From an uncultured Rhabdochlamydiaceae bacterium (GTDB lineage: Bacteria; Chlamydiota; Chlamydiia; Chlamydiales; Rhabdochlamydiaceae), in assembly GCA_963712275.1 (NCBI GenBank), contig CAVQHD010000001.1:448001-512000 (forward strand): a DNA stretch of 64,000 bases, written 5' to 3'. The notes beneath the pieces were generated by a model. The model saw only the letters and a list, made by a program, of their open reading frames with translations, was not told the origin of the DNA and ran no database searches. The stretch's first letter is position 1, and each line of letters begins with the position of its first letter. This document shows positions 30,829-38,799 of the stretch, piece after piece. The position numbers were made by a program, and so were the translations under genes.

Positions 30829-30998
30829 AGAGGGGCTCGCAAAACTCCGATTTGGGGCCAAATCCGCGCTTTTTGGGCAGGATCCGGATTCTGCGCAAAT
30901 AGCCTACTCTAAGTCGAGTATGTCAATTTGCGCAGAAACCGGCCCTGCCCAAAAATCATCGAATTTGGCCTCCAAAGCGAGTTTTGCGAGCTCCCTCT
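30829..30998. repeat. 170-bp palindromic element, inverted relative of 53713-53877
   Basis: Long hairpin whose reverse complement shares several blocks with the 53.7-kb copy. Confidence 0.9.
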
Positions 30999-31002
30999 AG
31001 CC

Positions 31003-31716
31003 CTATTTTCTTCCTGCTAAAACAAGGCTTTCCTCACGGAAACGGTAGCCGACTCCACGAACAGTCTCAATCCAATCAAACGTGGGACCCAGTTTCTTTC
31101 GAAGAGAAGCAATATGGACATCAATATTTCGATCTACAATAAATGTATCGTCATTGTGAATATCATCGAGAAGCTGATTGCGGGTCAGCACCTTGCCTCT
31201 ATTTGCAAGAAGTCGTTTTAAGATCCCAAATTCCGAAAGAGTGACCGCTACAATCTGATCAGCTTTACGAAGAAGATACCGATCGACTTCTAAAACAAAC
31301 TCTCCGAAACTCATAACTTTAAGCGGCTTATCTGCATCTTTCCCACGGCGAAGAATGGCTTTAATCCTTGAAAAAAGAACTTTAGGAGAAAACGGCTTAG
31401 CAACGTAATCATCAGCTCCAAGCTCAAGCCCTAGAATCACATCAAGTTCTTCACTTTTCGCTGATAGGATCATCACAGGAATATTTCTTAGCTCGGGGTT
31501 GCTTTTGATTTTTCGGCAAATATCAAATCCATTTTGACCCGGAAGCATGATATCCAAAATGACAAGATCGGGCTTCTCCCGCTCGACAGCTCGATAACCG
31601 TTCAATCCATCAACTTCAACGTGAAGCTTATAGCCAGATAATTCAGCTTGAAGTTTGATAAGAGCAGCAATATCCTCCTCGTCTTCAATCAATAAAATTC
31701 TTTTTTTGTGACTCAT
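31003..31716 (-). CDS. OmpR/PhoB-family response regulator
   Basis: Receiver LLIEDE...LDIMLP and winged helix IETVRGVGY. Confidence 0.9.
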   Translation of the reverse strand: MSHKKRILLIEDEEDIAALIKLQAELSGYKLHVEVDGLNGYRAVEREKPDLVILDIMLPGQNGFDICRKIKSNPELRNIPVMILSAKSEELDVILGLELGADDYVAKPFSPKVLFSRIKAILRRGKDADKPLKVMSFGEFVLEVDRYLLRKADQIVAVTLSEFGILKRLLANRGKVLTRNQLLDDIHNDDTFIVDRNIDVHIASLRKKLGPTFDWIETVRGVGYRFREESLVLAGRK

Positions 31717-31765
31717 AAACATCCTCCAAAAAAGGGATTTAAGCACGATGCGAGAAAAAAATCAC

Positions 31766-32983
31766 TTAAAAAGAATAGATAAAATCGATTTCGTACTGCT
31801 TAAAATGGCGGAAAGGGCCAATATCATCGTCAAGGGTAATCGACTGCTTCCACTGCTGCCACAGGTTAAGATTATTACTGATGAGATACTGAAAAGTGAG
31901 CTCAAACCCTCGGTAGTTGACGTTCCCCTCAGCTTTACTTTTCTTTGTCACTCGCTTGCCGTCCCTAAAATAAAACCCATGGCATGAATCGGTTCCAAGT
32001 CCAATCCCCGACACGTCAAAATCGGGAACGCATTGAGCAGAAAGAAGTTGGTAATTTGCATCAAAGGCCCAATCTCCCGCAAGCTTAAGCGCTCCAATGT
32101 TAAACCCTAAATACCCCCCCAAATTCGCTTTCTTGTGATTTGTAAGATCCATCGGCCGGGCTCGATGATTGCAAAGCCCTCCAAAATAGATCACAACAGG
32201 TCGATCCAAAGACTGTGGGATCCATTTATAGCCTAGGATGAGCTGGGAAATGATGAAATGAAACTGCGGAGGACATTTATCGACGTCCTTAGTGTCCCAA
32301 TCGATGAAGGAATATTTTGTGTAGAAACCTGTATTTGCGATATTGAGAACGCCGAATTCTCCAACATAGGCAGCTTGACTTCTCCTCTCATTCACGATAA
32401 AAGCGCCAATTTGATAATAGAGGTCCCCCACATTATCAATTGCATAACTGTCTTTAAAGGCAACTCCATCGAAATTCGAGCCAAACTGCAGTCTTGAATC
32501 AAAGACTCCAACCATCGGTCCCCTTCTCCCCACATCGAGGTCCATGGTATGCCGATCGCCATCTTTTAAACGGTACCCCCAGTATGCTCTCTCGACTTTT
32601 AATTTATTGCTTGTTCCGCTTCCAAAATGTTCGTCCAAAAGCCCTGCGTCGTTATCAAAACGGAGGCGTGCCGCGAGCCACGACCGCTCTGTGCGGTAGT
32701 CGACCATGAGATTAAACTCGACATCATACCGGTTCTTTGGAGTCGTATTACCATGCCCTCTGACTGGATGTCCATTTTTCACTTCTGATGTCGTTTGAAA
32801 TTCCGCATGAACATCGCCGCTGATGGAGAGTTGACCGCCCAATTCACGGACAGTGATCATCCGCTTAGAGTTAATCCAATCCCGCAATGACTGAATATCT
32901 TCTTGATCGACATCCACTCCATAGGCAACTCCTGTTAACAAAAGCATAGAGCTGAATAACGCGAGCCGGCGAGAAAATATCAT
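31766..32983 (-). CDS. Outer-membrane beta-barrel protein
   Basis: Signal peptide, amphipathic beta strands and C-terminal Phe (FIYSF). Confidence 0.7.
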   Translation of the reverse strand: MIFSRRLALFSSMLLLTGVAYGVDVDQEDIQSLRDWINSKRMITVRELGGQLSISGDVHAEFQTTSEVKNGHPVRGHGNTTPKNRYDVEFNLMVDYRTERSWLAARLRFDNDAGLLDEHFGSGTSNKLKVERAYWGYRLKDGDRHTMDLDVGRRGPMVGVFDSRLQFGSNFDGVAFKDSYAIDNVGDLYYQIGAFIVNERRSQAAYVGEFGVLNIANTGFYTKYSFIDWDTKDVDKCPPQFHFIISQLILGYKWIPQSLDRPVVIYFGGLCNHRARPMDLTNHKKANLGGYLGFNIGALKLAGDWAFDANYQLLSAQCVPDFDVSGIGLGTDSCHGFYFRDGKRVTKKSKAEGNVNYRGFELTFQYLISNNLNLWQQWKQSITLDDDIGPFRHFKQYEIDFIYSF

Positions 32984-33044
32984 GGACCTCTCCTATGTCT
33001 TAGTATGAGACGTCAACTATAACGGTGTCATCTGTTTTTTGTAA

Positions 33045-33530
33045 ATGAGTGTTTTTTTCTTGCCTGTGCAAATACAATGCGCCATATTGGTTGCTTCAAT
33101 ACTAAACCCATGGCAACAAATGACGACTTATTTTAGGCAAGCTCAAGGGCTCCCTGCTTACAACTCTTATGAAGTCAGCATCTTAACAGACGCTGATTCT
33201 GCAATCAAAGCACGAGAACGGGGAAAAATCGCAACAATTGTCGGGTTAGTTGGTCTTGCAGGCAGCCCTGTCTTTGGTTATGATCCAGCGGCTCCTTTCT
33301 TTATCATAATGGTAGGCCTCAGTAGTTGGATCGGCGGTTATCAAGTCAGTCAGCATTTAGAGCCGAAAGCTCAAGCAATGCTCCAAACGCTTCGGCAACG
33401 ACAAGCTGAAGATGCTGCACAGGGACCAAGAACAAGGATAAATTTTAGCACGCGCCAAGAACTCGAACAATCAAAGCGCAAGCTACTTTTGTCTCTAGTA
33501 GAGTCCGAGTCTACCAATACAACCCGATAA
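33045..33530 (+). CDS. Hypothetical protein with bilobed hydrophobic segment (Inc-like); start uncertain
   Basis: IATIVGLVGLAG...FFIIMVGLSSWIGG. Confidence 0.5.
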   Translation: MSVFFLPVQIQCAILVASILNPWQQMTTYFRQAQGLPAYNSYEVSILTDADSAIKARERGKIATIVGLVGLAGSPVFGYDPAAPFFIIMVGLSSWIGGYQVSQHLEPKAQAMLQTLRQRQAEDAAQGPRTRINFSTRQELEQSKRKLLLSLVESESTNTTR

Positions 33531-33606
33531 TTTTTCCAAAAACAGGAGGTTTATCCTCTAGCGCCGAAAAACACGGCCCTTCAGGGCCGTGATGTAAGGC
33601 GCCACG

Positions 33607-34023
33607 CTAACTTGGTGCGTTTTGCTGCTCAATATATTGCCTAATGATAGAGATTGGCGCTCCTCCGCAGGACCCAGCAAAATAACTTGGCGACCATAAC
33701 GCATTGCCCCAAAGAGCACACTTGATCGTAGGGTAATTCTTTTGACGAATCATTCTTGAAGAGACTCCCTTTAAAGAGTTAACCAGTCGAGAAATAGCTG
33801 TTTTGGCAGTATAGTTCACAAGTAAATGCACATGATCTCTTTCTCCTTCAAACTCTACCAAAGAGGCCTCAAAGTCTTTGCACACACTTTGAAACACCTC
33901 CTTTAGATCAGAAAGAATTTCCCTTGTGAAGACAGCTCTTCGATATTTTGTCACAAAGACCAAGTGAACATGAAGAGCAAAGACACAACTCCTGCCTCTT
34001 CTTAAATCTATTGATTTTAACAT
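33607..34023 (-). CDS. tnpA: IS200-family Y1 HUH transposase
   Basis: Motifs HLVFVTKYRR, DHVHLL, LWSPSYF and YIEQQ. Confidence 0.95.
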   Translation of the reverse strand: MLKSIDLRRGRSCVFALHVHLVFVTKYRRAVFTREILSDLKEVFQSVCKDFEASLVEFEGERDHVHLLVNYTAKTAISRLVNSLKGVSSRMIRQKNYPTIKCALWGNALWSPSYFAGSCGGAPISIIRQYIEQQNAPS

Positions 34024-34046
34024 AAACCAAATATAAAATTGATTCC

Positions 34047-35233
34047 ATGATTATCAATCGGGGATTCAAATTCAAGCTAAAACCGACAACTTTACATAGA
34101 AAGAAGTTTTTGTGTTTTGCAGGAGCAGCTCGATGGGTCTTCAACCATGGATTACATCAGAAGAAAACAGCCTTTGAAGCCACAGGAAAGAGCCCCTCAT
34201 ATTTCGAGCAGAACAAAGAACTCACCGTTTTGAAAGAGCAGCCTGAAACTTCTTGGCTAGAGGAGATTCACAGCCAGGTTCTCCAACAAAAACTCAAAGA
34301 CCTCGACCGCTCTTTTCAGCATTTTTTTAGAAGAGCCAAGAAAGGAGAAACCCCTGGATATCCAAAATTCAAGAAGAAGGGCATCGGAGAAAGCTTTCGG
34401 TTCCCACAAGGAGTCAAACTCTCAGGCTCGCAAGTTTTTCTACCGAAAATCGGCTGGGTTAAATTTCGCAAGTCCCGAGAGCTTCCAGGCGAAATTAAGG
34501 AAGTTACAATTCTTCAAGAAGGCAAAGCCTGGTTTGTCTCCTTTTCCTGCGAGTGGCAGCAAAACGATCCCGCACCGCCGCCCATCGATGAAGATCGAGC
34601 CGTTGGAATCGATGTAGGAGTTACCCGTTTTGCCACAACAGCCTCTACAAAGGAAAACCACAGAACCGATATCGAAAACCCCCGTTTTCTGACACAGCTT
34701 CTCCCACATTTACGCTACCTATCCAGACAATTCTCCAAAAAGTCAAGAAGAGCAAAAACAGCTTCAAAGCCAGACAAAGGCTCTCAAGTCTGTATGCACG
34801 CATCAAAAACCTTAGAAACGATTTTGTACAAAAACTCTCCTCAAAGATGATCAAAAACCACGACATCTTTTGCATCGAGAGTTTAGATATAATGAACCTC
34901 CTCAAAGACAGCAGCAAAACGCTTTCCCGAGCTATCTCAGATGCCGGTTGGAGATCTTTTCTGCAGTGTCTCAAATACAAAGCAGAAGAGAGAGGAAGAT
35001 ATCTCATAGAGGCAGGCAAATACTTTCCCAGCAGTCAAATCTGCGCATCTTGCGCCTACCAGCAAAAGATGCCCCTTGCTGTGCGGGAATATAATTGTCC
35101 TAATTGCAGGACTAAGAACGACCGCGATTACAATAGTGCCATAGTTCTAAAGGCCGCCGGAATGTCGGTCCTAAAAGCCCGTGGAGCTGCCCTCATTAGA
35201 GGGAGCGTTGAAGCAGGAATCTCGACCCTTTAG
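34047..35233 (+). pseudogene. tnpB: TnpB RNA-guided nuclease, frameshifted
   Basis: RuvC motifs GIDVG, IESL and DRDYNSA plus a Zn finger; adding one A to the run at 34737-34741 joins the two ORFs. Confidence 0.9.
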
Positions 35234-35245
35234 GGCCGAGAGGTT

Positions 35246-37095
35246 GTGCGCCTGTGAACGCATACCAACAGTGTGGTGAAAGTCCACATCGATGAGAGCT
35301 ACCTCATCGTAATCGAAAGTAACTGCGTCACCGCGAGGTGAGGTGGAGAGCAACTGGAGATGAAAACTTAGTCCGTAGGATAACGAACCTGTTTCAGCGA
35401 GGATAGATGGCCAGCTTCTACATCTCGAGTGAAGCCTGAAGAAAAAAAAAATCACCGTTTGCATCCAGTAGAAATGATGACAAGCGGACTATCAGCGTGG
35501 TTGAGGACGGAATGAGTAGAAGGTGGTATACCTAAACAGGGATGACTGCGGGACTATAGGAGAACCCGCAGTAAACAGAACCCTCATAGTACCGATGAAG
35601 TAACGGACAGTATAATCGTATGGAGGGAAGGAGGGTAGGAAAGTAAATTCGCAAAGACCAGATGGTTTTCCGAAAGGAGTTTCGCAAGTGTTTAACAAAA
35701 CTAAGCAAGAAACGGAAGCAACCCACAGTAGACCCCGAAAGGAAAGGTGGAACTGGGTGGAACGAACAATATGGACAGATCGAATGCTGATGGCTCTGGA
35801 CAACGGGGTCAAAGGAAGCAAGTGGTTTAGTGTGATTGACAAAGTCTATAGGTCAACAACTTTAACAAAAGCGTGGCAGAATGCTGCGGCCAATAAAGGT
35901 GCAGCAGGTATAGATAAGGTCACAATCGAACGGTTCAAAGAGAATGCAGATAAGTATCTACTAGAACTGACGATGGAACTAAGCAGGGAGACATATAAAC
36001 CCTCGCAAATTAGGAGAACGTACATCCCGAAAAGCGATGGTAAGATGAGGCCTCTCGGCATTCCCATAGTCAAAGACCGCATCGTACAAGGAGCCATCAA
36101 ACTGGCTATAGAACCCATCTGGGAGAAAGAATTTCTCACAACCAGCTATGGTTTTAGGCCAAATAAAGGAGCCCATGATGCAGTCAAGGAAGTCAGTCGA
36201 CACATAGAAGAAGGAAATATCTACGTGGTCGATGCTGATATCAAAGGTTATTTTGATAATATACCACACGAACGACTCATGGAGTTAGTAAAGACAAAGA
36301 TAGCAGATAGCAGGGTACTAAAACTCATCGAGGAGTTCCTAAGAGCAGGGATAATCGAAGAGATGAAGGAATGGACTCCTACCCAGGGAACACCCCAGGG
36401 AGGGGTCTTGAGCCCACTACTTGCAAACATATATCTACATCCTCTAGATACCCTGAGTAGCAAATGTGGATACAAAATGGTCCGATATTGTGATGACTTT
36501 GTAATACTATGTCAAAGCGAACAAGAAGCACGAAATGCTTTAGAGGCTGTTGAGCAATGGATGAAAGGAAACGGCCTGGAACTACATCCGGAGAAAACAA
36601 GGATCTGTAACTGCATGGTAGAAGGACAAGGATTTGATTTTCTTGGCTTTCGATTCGAACGCGGTTACAAGTTCGTACGCAAGAAAAGCTATGAACGACT
36701 GAAAGAGAAAATCCGAGAAAATACCAAACGCACCGGGGGTAAGTCTATAGTAGAAGCCATCAAAACGATGAACAAAATGCTCGTAGGATGGATTAACTAC
36801 TTTAAAATAGCCCAAGGAGAAGTGTATAGACAAACGGATCATCTAATAAGGCGAAGGCTTAGAGCAATGCTGCGAAAGCAGCAAAAGCGACCGGGAATGG
36901 GTAAGACGTTCGACGATCACATAAAATGGCCAAATGAATACTTCGCTGGACTCGGCCTGTTCTCCCTAGAAGCAGCCCGAAGAACATTTAGACTAGCGAA
37001 TCAGTCCCGATGAGGAAATTATTAACTGGAGAGCCGTATGCGGGAAAACCGCCCGTACGGTTCGGAGGGAGGGGCGGGAACGCCCCTACCCCTAT
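35246..37095 (+). mobile_element. Group II intron (ribozyme plus intron-encoded RT)
   Basis: 5' GTGCG at 35246; domain V gagccgtatgcgggaaaaccgcccgtacggttc (37031-37063); domain VI ending ccctAT at 37095. Confidence 0.92.
35688..37013 (+). CDS. ltrA: Group II intron RT/maturase without endonuclease domain
   Basis: Motifs RPLGIP..KDR, SYGFRP, GTPQGGVLSPLLANIYL and RYCDD; maturase GWINYF. Confidence 0.92.
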   Translation: MFNKTKQETEATHSRPRKERWNWVERTIWTDRMLMALDNGVKGSKWFSVIDKVYRSTTLTKAWQNAAANKGAAGIDKVTIERFKENADKYLLELTMELSRETYKPSQIRRTYIPKSDGKMRPLGIPIVKDRIVQGAIKLAIEPIWEKEFLTTSYGFRPNKGAHDAVKEVSRHIEEGNIYVVDADIKGYFDNIPHERLMELVKTKIADSRVLKLIEEFLRAGIIEEMKEWTPTQGTPQGGVLSPLLANIYLHPLDTLSSKCGYKMVRYCDDFVILCQSEQEARNALEAVEQWMKGNGLELHPEKTRICNCMVEGQGFDFLGFRFERGYKFVRKKSYERLKEKIRENTKRTGGKSIVEAIKTMNKMLVGWINYFKIAQGEVYRQTDHLIRRRLRAMLRKQQKRPGMGKTFDDHIKWPNEYFAGLGLFSLEAARRTFRLANQSR

Positions 37096-37098
37096 CAA

Positions 37099-37462
37099 GT
37101 CTGTCAAATCAATCGATTTAGCGTGGATTGTGGTTAAAGATTTCAAAAAGGCGCTCAAATTTTACACCGAAGTCGTCGGCCTTCAACTAAAAGAGCTCAA
37201 TGAACAGCACGGCTGGGCTGAACTCCAAGGAGAGGACGGCGCTCGTTTAGGCATTGGGCAATGCCATGCAATGAACCCTATCCAACCAGGGCAAAACGCT
37301 GTTGTCACTTTTACAGTTGAAGATCTTGAGAAAGCCAAAGCAGAAATGGTCAAGAAAGGAACAATTTGCGTTGGGGATGTTCTTGAAGTGCCTGGACAAG
37401 TCAAAATGCAATCGATGCAAGACTTGGATGGAAATCAGTTTCAAATTGTACAGACTCTCTAA
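37099..37462 (+). pseudogene. VOC/glyoxalase-family gene whose start codon is split by the IS
   Basis: SVKSIDLAWIVVKDFKKALKFYTEVVG...DLDGNQFQI; its RBS aggagg and AT lie at 33544-33554 and the G at 37099. Confidence 0.85.
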
Positions 37463-38232
37463 AACCTGACATTGCCCCCGAAGGAAATCGCTTGCTCATC
37501 GATCATTTGTACTTCGGCAAATAGATCGAATTTTTTCCCAGGGGAAATTGTAAAGCCGACAGCCATTCCAAACCGATCTCGACTCAGCATTTTGAAATGA
37601 GAGTGGGGATAGATGGCAGGAGGAATGCCCTTGATTGTCGCGTGTACATTGGAGTATTTCACCCCGAGATAAGGCGTAAGCCAATCGGCTGTATAAGAGA
37701 CCGCAAAAGAGGCTTGCCATTCACAGTATTTTAAATGACCGCCCGTATTTGAGGAATCGCCATCGACTGCCATCCATTTGATCCCTGGATTTCCATATTG
37801 AACTTTTCCATCGACTCCAATCACTGCCTGCCCCCACTGAGCTAGCAGAAGGCGCCCTCCTCCCCCTGCCGTCCACCCGCCATGGGTTTGGTACTCCCGA
37901 CGCTTATGATCTAGATGAGGCCGATGGCAGATCTCCCCAATCATGGACCCGACAGAGCCATACAGTTCCACCCGATCTAGATAATTCAAAACAAAAATTC
38001 CCTGATCAAAGGAGAGTTCTGTCGTATCAATTCTGCCATGCGCCTTTCCATACGCTCGCAATTTACGATCAGCCACGCGATCTCCTTCATATCCCACCTT
38101 CACCCCTATCGATGCATCCTGAGCAATCCAAAATCCCTGGTTGATAATCTGAGGCTCAGCCGGGTTGCCAACCGTCAGCGCCGAAAGAGATCTCAATGCA
38201 ATCAAAAATAGAACCCGCAGATATTTCATCAA
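37459..38232 (-). CDS. Chlamydial MOMP-like porin
   Basis: Mature N-terminus LTVGNPAEP resembles MOMP LPVGNPAEP; EWQAS...PYLGVK; ends in RF. Confidence 0.8.
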   Translation of the reverse strand: MMKYLRVLFLIALRSLSALTVGNPAEPQIINQGFWIAQDASIGVKVGYEGDRVADRKLRAYGKAHGRIDTTELSFDQGIFVLNYLDRVELYGSVGSMIGEICHRPHLDHKRREYQTHGGWTAGGGGRLLLAQWGQAVIGVDGKVQYGNPGIKWMAVDGDSSNTGGHLKYCEWQASFAVSYTADWLTPYLGVKYSNVHATIKGIPPAIYPHSHFKMLSRDRFGMAVGFTISPGKKFDLFAEVQMIDEQAISFGGNVRF

Positions 38233-38293
38233 CCTTTCACTCCAACTCCATTCTACTTTTTATAAACAATTCTCGGCAGCACTCTTCTGGTAC

Positions 38294-38474
38294 TTAAACT
38301 GAAAACTTCCGGCAACATCCTACCCCCACGAACCAAGGGTTGTAGGCGCTGCGGCTGACGGAGAGGCCGTTCGCGGCATAGAGGCCAACAACCACTGCAG
38401 CATCATGGTCATAGAGTTCTTGACGCTGCATCAAGATTTGTGGACTGTCAGAATAAAGCCCTTGCCCTGCACTA
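38294..38474 (-). pseudogene. 3' remnant of a fourth, diverged target paralog
   Basis: Translates SAGQGLYSDSPQILMQRQELYDHDAAVVVGLYAANGLSVSRSAYNPWFVGVGCCRKFSV*, homologous to the target C-termini. Confidence 0.85.
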
Positions 38475-38660
38475 ATGCAGACCAGGCGGCGGCTGAAAAG
38501 ACGGCTTAAGGAAACCTACAAGGCGTATCAAAAAGATGATCTAACCTACGTTCAAATGGATCAGAAGGTTCAGTCCTATTTAGGAATCTTATCTCATGCC
38601 AATGAGTTTCATTTTTCACAGGCGATCAAAAATGCGTACTGGATCAGAAAATGTCTCTAA
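38475..38660 (+). pseudogene. Duplicated 3' fragment of the DGR RT
   Basis: Near-identical to 43195-43380. Confidence 0.95.
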
Positions 38661-38799
38661 AAAAGAGCCCCACTCACCCGGCTGGGTCCCCCGGAAAAGA
38701 TCCCAGCGATGTAAGACCACCCTTTTCCCCTTCCCAACTTGCTGGCCAAGTTACCAAGCGCTCTTTCCAATTTCCAAGGGACCCAAGGCCCAAGGGCTG

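Larger units (their letters stand above)
33555..37098. mobile_element. IS200/IS605 element (tnpA + tnpB) with a group II intron inserted in its right end
   Basis: Follows TTAT (33551-33554). Left hairpin cacggcccttcagggccgtg; right hairpin ctcgaccctttagggccgag. Removing the intron restores the terminal ..ggttCAA, and removing the IS restores ATG of the VOC gene. Confidence 0.9.

Noticed and set aside
35688..37013. This RT as the DGR RT
   Set aside because: It has PQGG, a maturase domain and intron boundaries; the DGR-type RT is at 42340-43380.
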